A DNA stretch of 64,000 nt from assembly GCF_032116555.1 (NCBI RefSeq), contig NZ_CP134949.1, positions 2,108,001 to 2,172,000 of the forward strand, given 5' to 3'. Origin of the DNA: Halorarum halobium (GTDB lineage: Archaea; Halobacteriota; Halobacteria; Halobacteriales; Haloferacaceae). Under the pieces are notes generated by a model that made no database searches, was not told where the DNA came from, and was given only the letters and a program-made list of their open reading frames with translations. The translations under genes were made by a program, and so were the position numbers. The first letter of the stretch is position 1. Every line of letters starts with the position of its first letter. Below, piece after piece: positions 30,276 through 41,193 of this stretch.

Positions 30276-32059
30276 AGCTGGTCCTCCGTGAGCGCGAACT
30301 CCCCGTTCGCGCCGCCGCTCGACACCATCGGGTAGACGTTCTCGCGCGGGTCGACGTGGACGTCGACGACCGAGGGGCCGTCGTACGCCAGCGACTCCGC
30401 GACGACGTCCGCGACCTCGTCGTACTCGTCGACCCGGAAGCCGCGCGCGCCGAACGCCTCGGCGAGCTTGTCGAACTCCGGCATCCAGTCGTACTCCGAG
30501 GCCATGTGCCGGCCCTCGAAGAACGCGTCCTGCCACTGGCGGACCATCCCGATGTACTCGTTGTTGAGCACGACGACCGTGACGTCGAGGTTCTCGCGGA
30601 CGGCGACCGAGAGCTCCTGGATCGTCATCAGGAACGAGCCGTCGCCGTCGAAACAGACCACGTCGCGGTCGTCGTCGGCCGCCAGGCGCGCGCCGATGGC
30701 TCCGGGCAGGCCGTAGCCCATCGTGCCGAGGCCGTGTGAGGAGACGAACGTCCGCGGCTCGGTGTACGTCCAGTACTGGGCGGCCCACATCTGGTGCTGG
30801 CCGACGCCCGTCGTCACGATCGCGTCGTCGTCGGTGGCGGCGTCGTACGCCTCCACGACGAACTGTGGCTTCACCGGTTCGTCCGGGTCGACCGCGTAGT
30901 CCATCGGGTACTGGTCGCGCCAGGTCGTACACTGCTCGCGCCACTCGCCGGCGTCGGGCGAACGGTCCAGAGCCGCGTCGATCTGGTCCAGGACCGTCCC
31001 CGCGTCGCCGACGACCGGGTAGTCCGCCTGGACGTTCTTCGAGATCTCCGCGGGGTCGATGTCGACGTGGACGACGTCCGCGCCGGGCGCGAACGTCTCG
31101 ACGCCGCCGGTCAGGCGGTCGTCGAACCGCGTCCCGACCGCGATCAGGCAGTCGGTGTGGCTGATCGCCATGTTCGCGTAGCCGGTGCCGTGCATGCCCG
31201 CCCACGAGAGACAGAGGTCGTCGTCCTCGGGGAACGAGCCGATTCCCGGCATCGTCGTCACCACGGGAATCCCGTGTTCGCGGGCGAACGCCCGCGCCTC
31301 GTCGGTCGCGTTCCCCTTGATGACGCCGCCGCCGAACAGGCAGAGCGGCTTTTCCGCGCGCGCGATGGTCCGGGCGGCCGCATCGACCGACTCGGGGTCG
31401 GCCTCGGGATCCGGCTTCGAACGCGCCGGGGGTTCGGGCGGCTTCGGCGCGCGATCGGTCTCGCCGAAGGAGACGTCCTTCGGGAGGTCGACGAGCGTCG
31501 GGCCGGGACGACCGGTCTCCGAGAGTGCGAACGCCTCGCCGACGACGTCGCCGACGGTCGTCGAGTCGCTCGCGAAGTAGTTGTGCTTCGTGATGGGCGC
31601 GGTGACGCCGGTCGTGTCGGTCTCCTGGAACGCGTCGGAGCCGACCATGTCGCTGGGCACCTGGCCCGTCAGGGCGAGCATCGCGTCCGAGTCCATCGAG
31701 GCGTCGGCGATGCCGGTGACGAGGTTCGTCGCGCCCGGCCCCGAGGTGGCGAGACAGACGCCGGGCGTGCCGGTCACGACGCCGTACGCGTCGGCGGCGT
31801 GGGCCGCGCCCTGCTCGTGGGCCATGGTCACGTGATCGATGCTGGAACCGTACAGCGCGTCGTAGACGGGCATGATCGCGCCCCCCTGGACGCCGAAGGC
31901 CGTCTCGACGCCCGCGGATTCGAGGGCGGCGACGACGGCTGCCGCGCCGTTTTCGGGGATCGCCGCGGCGGTCGCGGCCCCCGCTTCCCCGGTCGCGTCC
32001 GGGTCGGGGTCGACCTCCTCATCGGTCGCGTCGACGGCGGGTTCGGCTGACTCGCTCAT
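30272..32059 (-). CDS. ilvB: Acetolactate synthase large subunit
   Basis: HEQGAAHAADAY, TSGPGATN, DAFQE, GMHG, RFDDR, GQHQMW, GDGSFLM ThDP motif, GMVRQWQ. Confidence 0.97.
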   Translation of the reverse strand: MSESAEPAVDATDEEVDPDPDATGEAGAATAAAIPENGAAAVVAALESAGVETAFGVQGGAIMPVYDALYGSSIDHVTMAHEQGAAHAADAYGVVTGTPGVCLATSGPGATNLVTGIADASMDSDAMLALTGQVPSDMVGSDAFQETDTTGVTAPITKHNYFASDSTTVGDVVGEAFALSETGRPGPTLVDLPKDVSFGETDRAPKPPEPPARSKPDPEADPESVDAAARTIARAEKPLCLFGGGVIKGNATDEARAFAREHGIPVVTTMPGIGSFPEDDDLCLSWAGMHGTGYANMAISHTDCLIAVGTRFDDRLTGGVETFAPGADVVHVDIDPAEISKNVQADYPVVGDAGTVLDQIDAALDRSPDAGEWREQCTTWRDQYPMDYAVDPDEPVKPQFVVEAYDAATDDDAIVTTGVGQHQMWAAQYWTYTEPRTFVSSHGLGTMGYGLPGAIGARLAADDDRDVVCFDGDGSFLMTIQELSVAVRENLDVTVVVLNNEYIGMVRQWQDAFFEGRHMASEYDWMPEFDKLAEAFGARGFRVDEYDEVADVVAESLAYDGPSVVDVHVDPRENVYPMVSSGGANGEFALTEDQL

Positions 32060-32169
32060 CCGTCCGCTCCATGCTGGTGTCGTGTCATTTCTGGTGTGCT
32101 GGCTGGGTCGCTGTCGGGTGAACTGTCGGGCGTCGATACGGTCGAACCGGGTCGTGAGAACGGTGTGGT

Positions 32170-32191
32170 GTAGGGGTGGCTAGACCCCTAC
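32170..32191 (-). promoter_or_regulatory. Perfect 8-bp hairpin covering the end of the ilvB leader ORF
   Basis: mRNA GUAGGGGU-CUAGCC-ACCCCUAC; the leader UAG stop lies in the loop. Confidence 0.75.
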
Positions 32192-32254
32192 AATGATCGA
32201 GACGGCGGGCGCTACGCCGGGACCGCCGACGCGAGCGACCGGAGCTGTCTTCAT
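32180..32254 (-). CDS. Putative ilvB leader peptide MKTAPVARVGGPGVAPAVSIIVGV (24 aa)
   Basis: ATG 26 nt downstream of TTTTATA; 6 Val + 2 Ile, ending GTC TCG ATC ATT GTA GGG GTC TAG; below ORF-track length. Confidence 0.7.
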   Translation of the reverse strand: MKTAPVARVGGPGVAPAVSIIVGV

Positions 32255-32279
32255 CTCGACCGACCGTATCGGGGCCACG

Positions 32280-32286
32280 TATAAAA
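32280..32286 (-). promoter_or_regulatory. TATA box of the ilvB operon
   Basis: TTTTATA, the only strongly AT-rich element between leuA and ilvB, at -26 to -32 from the leader ATG. Confidence 0.75.
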
Positions 32287-32377
32287 TCCTGTCCCGGACG
32301 GCAACGGTTGCATCCGGGAGACCTGTCGCGGCCGCGATTCACCCGTCGCTGGCCGCGGGTGGCCGACGCGGCGGGCG

Positions 32378-33589
<1,212 letters not shown>

Positions 33590-33644
33590 TGGATACCGAC
33601 GAGTCCTGATTATGGGACATCGACTGGAGCAAGAGCGGAACTCC

Positions 33645-33651
33645 TTGTAAA
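33645..33651 (-). promoter_or_regulatory. TATA-like box of the leuA-family gene
   Basis: TTTACAA at -25 to -31 from the ATG at 33620. Confidence 0.6.
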
Positions 33652-33944
33652 GCGTTGTGGTCGGACAGTTCACCCGATCGGTCGTCCCGTCGACCCCGGA
33701 CGTAACGACCCGAAAACCGCAGGAGGGCGTCGACTATCATCCGGACGTAACACCTTATACAGAATAATACTCTTGTCAGGGTCCGGTTCGTGTTCGTCCA
33801 GTTTTCGGTTCCCCGGGCGCTCGTTTGCGGCCGACGGCCGGTTCCGTGCGGAGCGGATCCGACGAACTCGTCCGACAGGCGTCGACAGACGCGCGTCGGA
33901 CGGAGTACCGAACCCTTTTGCCCGGTCACTCCGAGTGACGCCGT

Positions 33945-34235
33945 ATGACCGACTTCGGCCTCGACCTCCAGGACGCCGAGGAACTGCTGGACGAGGAGGT
34001 CGCGGGCGAGGTCGTGCTCGGGCTCCTCGACGGGAGCACGGATCCGACCGAGTGGATCCGCACGGTCGAGTACGGCAACGTGCTGATCCTCTCGGTCGAG
34101 GGCGACCTGAACGAGCTGGCGGCCGGGTTCGCACGAGAGATCAACGACATGGGCGGGGAGCTCTCGCACTTCCGTGGGTTTCTGATCGTCTCCCCGCCGA
34201 ACGTCCCGATCAACACGGACCGGCTCGGCGACTGA
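33945..34235 (+). CDS. Haloarchaeal protein (DUF5779-like)
   Basis: MTDFGLDLQDAE...GGELSHFRGFLIVSPP; acidic. DUF assignment from recall. Confidence 0.75.
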   Translation: MTDFGLDLQDAEELLDEEVAGEVVLGLLDGSTDPTEWIRTVEYGNVLILSVEGDLNELAAGFAREINDMGGELSHFRGFLIVSPPNVPINTDRLGD

Positions 34236-34267
34236 CGGCGAGCCTCCACCCGTCGACGGCTGGACGG

Positions 34268-35035
34268 TCACGTCCGTCGCGGCGACGCCGGTGAGAGAAC
34301 GAGGTGGTGACCGTCGGGGTCGTACAGTTCGACGCTGCCGTCCTCGCGTTCCAGAATCCGGACCGAGGGCAGGTCGCCGAACGCGCGCTCGGCCGCCGCG
34401 AGCGGCTCCGCGAGCCTGATTCCGAAATCGACGTGGACGCCGCCGCGTGCGCCCGCGAGACCGAGCTGTGGCTCCCAGAGTTCCAGGTCGAACGGGAGGG
34501 GGGCGTCCGGCCGTGAGTCGGCGGCGGCCCGCTCCCCGCCCTCGTCGTCCGGGACCGGCCCGCGAAGTCGCACCCGCCGGCGCTCGATGCCGCGGTCGAC
34601 TTCCACGAAGCCGAGTTCCCGATACGCCCGCTCGGCCGCATCGACGTTCGCCACCTCCAGGACGACCTCGAAGACGCCCACGAGCCCCCGGCCGCCGTCC
34701 GCGAGGCCGGCGATCTCCGGGCAGTGGCCGTCCCCGTCGAACGGGTACACCGAGCGGAACGAGTCGAACGCCACTTCCTCGGCGTCGGGGAAGCGAGCCC
34801 GCCAGGCATCGTACTCCCCGCCGGTCGTCTCGAACGCGAAGTGGACGTGGAGCCCGCCGCGCGGGACCGATTCCGGGCGACGACACACGAGTTCGGTGCC
34901 GCCCACGTCGAACGCGAGCTCCGTTTCGCTCCGCCGTCCGGGGACGAGGCCGAGCCGGTCGGCGTAGAAGCCGGCGGCCCGGTCGAGGTCCTCCACCTCC
35001 AGGGCGAGATGGGCGAGCGCGGGGGTCCGTGTCAC
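34268..35035 (-). CDS. VOC/glyoxalase family protein (two domains)
   Basis: LAHLALEVEDLDRAAGFY...LGL, GGLHVHFAF, GGVHVDFG, YDPDGH; GTG start. Confidence 0.85.
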   Translation of the reverse strand: MTRTPALAHLALEVEDLDRAAGFYADRLGLVPGRRSETELAFDVGGTELVCRRPESVPRGGLHVHFAFETTGGEYDAWRARFPDAEEVAFDSFRSVYPFDGDGHCPEIAGLADGGRGLVGVFEVVLEVANVDAAERAYRELGFVEVDRGIERRRVRLRGPVPDDEGGERAAADSRPDAPLPFDLELWEPQLGLAGARGGVHVDFGIRLAEPLAAAERAFGDLPSVRILEREDGSVELYDPDGHHLVLSPASPRRT

Positions 35036-35089
35036 GTCCGAGGCTGCGCGTCGCCGGCACTTAAGCCCGCGGCGTTCCTCGGTCCGAGC

Positions 35090-35770
35090 ATGTCGATGAA
35101 AGGGTCCGACGGGACCGACCTGCAGGAGATCGACGAGTTCGACGGCGGCGTCGGCTGGCTCGCGTACCCGGCCGAAAGCATGCGACGAGCGAGCCACGCG
35201 CTGTCGGTCGACGGGGAAATCTGGGTGCTCGACCCGGTGGACGCGCCCGGCGTCGACGAACTGCTCGCGGACCTCGAGGGCGACGTCGCCGGCACGGTCG
35301 TCTGTCTCGACCGGCACGGGCGTGACGCGGCCGCCGTCGCGCGACGCCACGACGTCCCGGTCCACGTCCCCGACTGGATGACCGGCGTCGCGTCGGAACT
35401 CGACGCGCCGGTCGAGCGGTTCGGGAGCGAACTGGGCGGGCTGACGGCGATCCGCGTCCGTGACTCGTCGATCCCGCCGTGGCAGGAGGTCGCGCTCGCC
35501 GACGAGGATCGCGGGACCCTGTACGTTCCCGAGGCCCTGGGGACGGGATCCTACTTCCTGGCGAACGACGAACGGCTCGGCGTACACCCGATGTTGCGTC
35601 TCATCCCCCCACGCCGTGCACTCGGGGGACGGTCGCCCGAGCGCGTCCTCGTCGGGCACGGTGCGGGCGTCCACGAGCGGGCGAGCGAGGCCCTGGAGAC
35701 GGCGCTCCGTCGGTCGCGGGGGAACGCCCCACGGCTGTACCTGGGGACCATCGCGTCGCTGATACGCTGA
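35090..35770 (+). CDS. Hypothetical protein, metallo-beta-lactamase-like fold
   Basis: WVLDPV, LDRHGRD, VLVGHG; acidic; TTAAG box upstream. Confidence 0.7.
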   Translation: MSMKGSDGTDLQEIDEFDGGVGWLAYPAESMRRASHALSVDGEIWVLDPVDAPGVDELLADLEGDVAGTVVCLDRHGRDAAAVARRHDVPVHVPDWMTGVASELDAPVERFGSELGGLTAIRVRDSSIPPWQEVALADEDRGTLYVPEALGTGSYFLANDERLGVHPMLRLIPPRRALGGRSPERVLVGHGAGVHERASEALETALRRSRGNAPRLYLGTIASLIR

Positions 35771-35896
35771 GTCCCCGCGAACTGTCGTCTCGCTACACGC
35801 CGAGTCGCGCCCGCTCGAACTGCTTCCCGCCGCGGCGAGGGAGCGTTTCGCCGGCTCGTCCGCGGGTTTTTGGTCGGTGAACCCCACGTAATACCC

Positions 35897-36325
35897 GTGG
35901 TACTGCTCACGCGCGGCCTCGTCACGGTGTTGCTCGAACGCGCCAGCGAGGCCGAACCGGGTGGGGTGAACGTGCTGCTCGATACGACGCCGGCCGGCGA
36001 ACTCGCCGGAGAAACGGCCGGCATCGACCCGGACTCGCCCGTGCTCACGCACTTTTACTTTCCCGAGGCCGGCGGGTCGGTCAGGGCCGTCTTCGGGATG
36101 GACATCGGGACCCCGGCCGGTCGGGCACGGTTCCTCTCGCACCCCGACGGCGACTCGACGTTGCGACAGACGGACGACCTCGCCGGCGTCGTGCTCGTCG
36201 CGGTGCCGCCGTTCGGGGAGTCGGACGTGTCGGCGTACGACCGGCGGGGACGCGAACTGGACCTGCAGGTCCTCGACGCCGAGCCGCCGGAAGAACACAT
36301 CGGGGAAGCTCGGACCGACGAGTGA
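35897..36325 (+). CDS. Hypothetical protein, possibly degenerate JAB/MPN fold
   Basis: LTRGLVTVLLERASEAEP...FLSHPDG...TDD...AYDRRG. Confidence 0.65.
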   Translation: MVLLTRGLVTVLLERASEAEPGGVNVLLDTTPAGELAGETAGIDPDSPVLTHFYFPEAGGSVRAVFGMDIGTPAGRARFLSHPDGDSTLRQTDDLAGVVLVAVPPFGESDVSAYDRRGRELDLQVLDAEPPEEHIGEARTDE

Positions 36326-36393
36326 TCGGGGAGGCGGGCGATCGGGCGCTATCGTCCCGAATCCTCCCCCGTGCCCGGTGACTCCCGAGCCTG

Positions 36394-36603
36394 CTACTCC
36401 AGATAGCCCAGGTCGCGCAACTGGTCGGTGATCTCGCCGAACTCCGCCTCCGTCAGTTCGCCCTGTTTCTGGTGCTGGATGACGATGCTGCGCAGGAGGA
36501 ACCTGACGAGGTCGCTCGTCGAGGAGAAGCTCGTCCCCTCGATGGTCTCTTCGACCCGTTCGGCGAGGTCCTTGGGGATGGAGACGGTGGTGTACTCGGT
36601 CAC
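36394..36603 (-). CDS. Ribbon-helix-helix (CopG-like) protein
   Basis: YTTVSIPKDLAERVEETIEGTSFSSTSDLVRFLLR...LRDLGYLE; GTG start. Confidence 0.85.
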   Translation of the reverse strand: MTEYTTVSIPKDLAERVEETIEGTSFSSTSDLVRFLLRSIVIQHQKQGELTEAEFGEITDQLRDLGYLE

Positions 36604-36735
36604 GGTTCCCGATGTGGCCGACACGGGGATAAACGCGACGCCTCCGCGGGTCGAATCCCACGTCGAGCCAGCTCCCACCGCCCGGCCTCGTGTGCTCCCC
36701 CGTGTTTTAGGAGCCGGGGGAGTAACGAACCTCTC

Positions 36736-37062
36736 ATGGCCATCAGACCGCCACGAGGGGACTCCGGGGAGCGCGAGTCCGTCGAGTTCGGCATCGCGGC
36801 GCTGAACGCCCGGCTCGACGACGCGGGGGTGGCGTTCCCGGCGACGACCGACGAGATCCTCGCGGCGCTCGGGGAGACCGAGGTTCCCTACGACGCCGCC
36901 GGTCACACGCTCGACCTGCGTGACGTACTCCACGACGCCGAGACGGACAGCTTCGAGACCGAGACGGAACTGCTCGACGCGCTGTATCCCGCCTTCGAAG
37001 CGCGCCGCCAGGGGCGGGCCGACACGCTGTTCAACCGGATCCGATCCCTTCTCCCGGTGTAA
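36736..37062 (+). CDS. Haloarchaeal hypothetical protein (DUF5789-like)
   Basis: VEFGIAAL...FPATTDEI...VPYDAAG...ELLDALYP; acidic. Confidence 0.7.
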   Translation: MAIRPPRGDSGERESVEFGIAALNARLDDAGVAFPATTDEILAALGETEVPYDAAGHTLDLRDVLHDAETDSFETETELLDALYPAFEARRQGRADTLFNRIRSLLPV

Positions 37063-37085
37063 CTGGTCCCGTCGGGCTCAGCTCC

Positions 37086-37997
37086 CTACTCGTCCCGCTC
37101 GATCCGGTCGAGCGTCTCCGCGTGGAGCGTGACGATGAGATCCGAGAGCACGCCGAAGATGAGCAGCTGGACGCCGAGGATGAGCGCGACGCCCGCGACG
37201 ACGGCGAGTACGTTGTGGGAGATCCCCCTGATGAACCACTCGTACGCGACGTAGGCGGCGATCATCACGCCGACCAGTCCCGAGAGGCCGCCCGCGCTCC
37301 CGAAGTAAAAGAGCGGGTTGGACGTCTTCGCCTGCCGGTAGATCGCCATGAGGATGATGCCCCCGTCCTTCACCGGATGGAGGTTCGTGTTCGACCCGTC
37401 GGGACGCGGGAGGTACGTCACCGGGACGACCGCCGTGGGGACGCCGTGGCGAGCACACTCGACCGAGAGCTCGGTCTCGATGCCGAACCCGTCGGCCGAG
37501 AGGGTGAGCCGCCGGAAGGAGTCCCGCGAGAAGGCTCGATAGCCCGAGAGGATGTCGCCGAAGTCCTCGCGGTGGATGAGATCGAACAGCCAGTTGAAGG
37601 CGCGGTTTCCGACCCTGTTGAACCCCGTCATCGCCCCCTCGCGCATGTCGGCGAACCGATCGCCGACGACGTGCTCGGCCCCGCCGTCGAACAGCGGTTC
37701 GAGCATGGCCTCGGCGTCTTCCGCGCGGTAGGTCCCGTCCGCGTCGGCCATCAGCACGTACTCGGTCTCGATGTGGTCACGGACGGCCTCGCGGATGGCC
37801 TGGCCCTTGCCGGTTCCCGTCTGGGTGACGACGCGCGCACCGGCGGCTTCGGCGAGTTCCCGCGTGTCGTCGGTGGAGTTGCCGTCGATGACGAGGACGT
37901 TCGAGAAGCCGTGGTCTCGAAAGTCGGTGACGACGTCCGCGACCGTCTCGGACTCGTCGTAGGTCGGAAGGAGTACGCAGACGGCGTCCCTGTTCAT
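37086..37997 (-). CDS. aglJ: Dolichol-phosphate glycosyltransferase AglJ (GT2)
   Basis: VCVLLPTYDE, IDGNSTDDT, GKGQA, MADADGTY, DILSGYRAF, GFGIETEL, TNLHPVKDG, two C-terminal TM helices. Confidence 0.9.
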   Translation of the reverse strand: MNRDAVCVLLPTYDESETVADVVTDFRDHGFSNVLVIDGNSTDDTRELAEAAGARVVTQTGTGKGQAIREAVRDHIETEYVLMADADGTYRAEDAEAMLEPLFDGGAEHVVGDRFADMREGAMTGFNRVGNRAFNWLFDLIHREDFGDILSGYRAFSRDSFRRLTLSADGFGIETELSVECARHGVPTAVVPVTYLPRPDGSNTNLHPVKDGGIILMAIYRQAKTSNPLFYFGSAGGLSGLVGVMIAAYVAYEWFIRGISHNVLAVVAGVALILGVQLLIFGVLSDLIVTLHAETLDRIERDE

Positions 37998-38113
37998 TAC
38001 AGGGTTGGTTATATGGGTGGGGGATAAACGGTTCGGGACCGCGCCACGTGGGACGCCTGGTTCGCCGGGGAAACTACACTGACGACCGATCACGTTCTGT
38101 TCGACGCCGGCGG

Positions 38114-38930
38114 CTAGCTGCACGGGACGGTCCCGTGACCCGGTCGCTCGAGGGCGACGGTCGAGCCGTATTCAACCTGGACGGCGTCCTCTGCGAGCAG
38201 CAAGTTGCCGTCGAGTCGACGTACGAGAACGCGCCGGTGCCGGCGACGACGTGCGCGCTGGCGTGGATGCCCAGCGCGGACTCCAGCATGCATTTGACCA
38301 TCAGTTCCAGGTTGGCCGCCTCGGCGATGGCGGCGATCTCCACGGCGGCGAGCGGCCCGGACTTGCTGAGCTTCATATTGGGAACGTCGGCCATGTACAC
38401 CTGCACGACCGCCAGCGCGTCAGCCGGGGTCAACACCGCCTCGTCGACAGCCACCGGGACCGTCACCTCGTCACAGACTCGCGCTAGGCCGGCGAGGTCG
38501 TCGGCACGCACGGGCTGTTCGAGCAGCACCAGGTAGACGCCGCGCTTCCGGACCGCACGTGCGAACTGGATCGGCTCGTGTACCGTCCACTTCTGTTGGC
38601 GTCGACCTTGACCACGGCGTCCAAGGTGATCTCGACGACGGCGACGACACGGTCCACGTCGCTCCCGGCCTTTTACCTTCTGGTGCTCGAACCCTGCCGC
38701 GGCGGCCGCTTGAGTCGTCTCTGCGGCCTCGTCAGGCGAGACGATTGGGACGGTGAGGTCGGTCTCCATCAGCGTGGAGGGACAGCCGAACAGGTCGCTC
38801 AGCGCGAAGTCCTCGGCCCCAGCAGTAGGAGTCGAGCAGCGTCGTCTCGACCGTGAACGGCGCCGACATCACATGGCGAACCGCCTCGGCCGCAGCATCG
38901 ACCGCCCGCGCAACCTCGCCAAGAGCGTCA
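38114..38930 (-). pseudogene. Degraded dipeptide (L-Ala-D/L-Glu) epimerase, enolase superfamily
   Basis: Motifs KVK, KVDAN, LEQPV, VAVDEAV, NMKLSKSG, CMLES and DGNLLLAED lie in different frames (at least 3 frameshifts); N-terminal domain largely absent; 5' limit approximate. Confidence 0.8.
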
Positions 38931-39791
38931 CCGTCGAATGAGTTCGTCCAGGAGGTCAGATTCTCGATTATTTGGTTTGAACAGTTCCGGTCAAACTCCG
39001 AACACGACTCGCTGCTTCGAGTTTGTCTATCTGGGGAGTGGGTGTCATCGAACTTCTCGAACCTCCGCTACACAGACAGTCACAGTTCCAAACTCGGTAC
39101 GAGGCCATCCAAACCGGCTGGAGGTCTTCTCAAGCGGTTTCAGGGACTCACTTGGCTTCCAAAATCACTGTTCTCGTCCGCAAGGATAGCCGTGTGCCAC
39201 TTTGGGAACGAACTTCGGAACTGGAAGATGGACGTCGACAGCTTGAATGGAAACCATGTATCGCCCGAACGAACGCGTCTCGGGCCATCTTTCACCACTT
39301 GAGGTTCGTTCTGACTCGCGGGGACCTGTCCCATTTCGCATTCGAAGTTCCAAAATCGGTTCCCTGCGTGCGGTTCCCCTCGTCAGTCCAGGGATGAAGT
39401 GAGGAGGGTCTATACCCTGAACTGGCATACGATGGAAACCGATCCACTCCCGCGTTGCTTCTGGAAGGTGAGTCGATGTTCAGGATTCGAGCGCGCCTGA
39501 TTGTCCCGAACCCGTGGCGAACCGCGATCCTTGCGGAACTAAGGACAAACTTGGATAGCCTGTCACTGATTCTCCGACCAGCAGATGTCGTCTCGTCCCC
39601 TCTGTGCTAGTCAGACCGGTTTTGGATTTGGACGGATCTTGGCCCGGAGTACTGATATAACGCGCTTGAAACGGTGCGTCACACCCTTCACACAGTTCAT
39701 CCGGGATCTGGGCGCTCCATCCTCGAAGGAACTTCGACTTGGAGATTGACAGTAGTTCCGATCCCTGTGTCTATCCATTCGGAAGACCCTG

Positions 39792-41084
39792 CTACCAGCA
39801 GAGTCCCTCGTACACGTCCAGTGCCCCGGTATCGACGTCGACACGGCGACCGTCGATAACCACCGAGCGGTCCATTCCGTCGAACGAGAGACCGTCGAAC
39901 TCCGGCCATTCGGTCGTGAGCAGTGCCGCGTCAGCCCCTGACAGGGCCCCGGACACCGAGTCAGCATACTCGATGTCGACCTCCAGTGCGGTTCGTGCGT
40001 TCTCGGCCGCCACGGGATCGTAGGCGACGACGTCGGCACCTGCATCGTCGAGCTGTTCGATCACGTCGAGCGCGCGGGAGTTTCGAACGTCGTCGGTTCC
40101 GGGTTTGAACGCGAGCCCCAGGACGGCGACGCGAGCGCCGTCGGGATCGACGTGTTCGCGGAGAAGTCCGACCATCCGTTCGGGCTGGCGGTCGTTCACG
40201 TCGACGGCGGCGTCGAGGAGTTCGGGGGGGTACTCTTGCTGGCGGGCGAACGCTCGCAGTGCGTCGACGTCTTTCGGGAAGCAAGAGCCGCCCCAGCCAA
40301 GTCCGGATCGCATGAACGCCGCACAGATACGGTCGTCGAGGCCGAGTGCGTCCGCAACCTCGTAGGAGTCGATGTCGGCCCGTTTGCAGACGTTCCCCAG
40401 TTCGTTCACGAGCGACACCTTCGCGGCGAGGAACGCGTTGTTCGCGTACTTGATCATCTCGCCGGTCCGGACGTCCGTCTCCACGACCGGGACGTCCGCG
40501 AGTCGCTCGTCCGCGTGGTAGAGATCGCGCACGGTTGCTGCCGCTGACGGCTCGCTCGTGCCGACGACGATCTTGTCCGCGTTCCAGAAGTCCGAGACAG
40601 CGGTCCCTTCGCTCAGGAACTCCGGGTTGGCGACGAATCCGATCTCCTCCGTCCCGGTTCGTTCGGCGGCCCCGCGTACCGCCGGGACGACGACGTCCTC
40701 GATCGTACCGGGCAACACGGTGCTCTTGACCGCGACGACGTGTGCGTCCGTTTTGCCTCCGAGTGCCTCGCCCGTCATCTCAGCGGCGGCCTCCACGTAC
40801 GAGTAGTCGAGGCTTCCGTCTTCCCGGGACGGTGTCTGAACGGTGATGAACGTCACGTCCGTCTCCGGGACGGCGTCGTAGGATGTCGTCGCCCGCAGGT
40901 TGTCACCGGCGTGTTCGGCGACGAGTTCCGGGAGACCCTCCTCGTGTATGGGGGATTCGCCCGCGTTGATGGCGGCGACGACGTCTTCGTCGATGTCGAC
41001 GTTCACCACGTCGTGGCCGACCGCCGCGAGACAGGCCGCGAGCGTCGTGCCGACGTAGCCGCTACCCACGACTGAGACGTTCAT
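39792..41084 (-). CDS. aglM: UDP-glucose 6-dehydrogenase
   Basis: VVGSGYVG, KSTVLPG, NPEFLSEG, KYANNAFLA, GWGGSCFPKD, GLAFKPGTDDVR. Confidence 0.92.
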   Translation of the reverse strand: MNVSVVGSGYVGTTLAACLAAVGHDVVNVDIDEDVVAAINAGESPIHEEGLPELVAEHAGDNLRATTSYDAVPETDVTFITVQTPSREDGSLDYSYVEAAAEMTGEALGGKTDAHVVAVKSTVLPGTIEDVVVPAVRGAAERTGTEEIGFVANPEFLSEGTAVSDFWNADKIVVGTSEPSAAATVRDLYHADERLADVPVVETDVRTGEMIKYANNAFLAAKVSLVNELGNVCKRADIDSYEVADALGLDDRICAAFMRSGLGWGGSCFPKDVDALRAFARQQEYPPELLDAAVDVNDRQPERMVGLLREHVDPDGARVAVLGLAFKPGTDDVRNSRALDVIEQLDDAGADVVAYDPVAAENARTALEVDIEYADSVSGALSGADAALLTTEWPEFDGLSFDGMDRSVVIDGRRVDVDTGALDVYEGLCW

Positions 41085-41193
41085 TCGTACACCGTCCCCG
41101 GGAGGCGGCCACTCTCGAAGGCGAGTTCTACGGTTACTGTGAGCGAGGGCATGAGATAACCATGTTCAGCGTCGAATTTGTCGGTTCTGGTCG

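Noticed and set aside
33621..33673. ORF-track GTG start for leuA (MNCPTTTLYKEF...)
   Set aside because: It lies upstream of the TATA-like box and gives a basic, Cys-rich, non-halophilic extension. Kept only as the alternative that would refute the frameshift idea.
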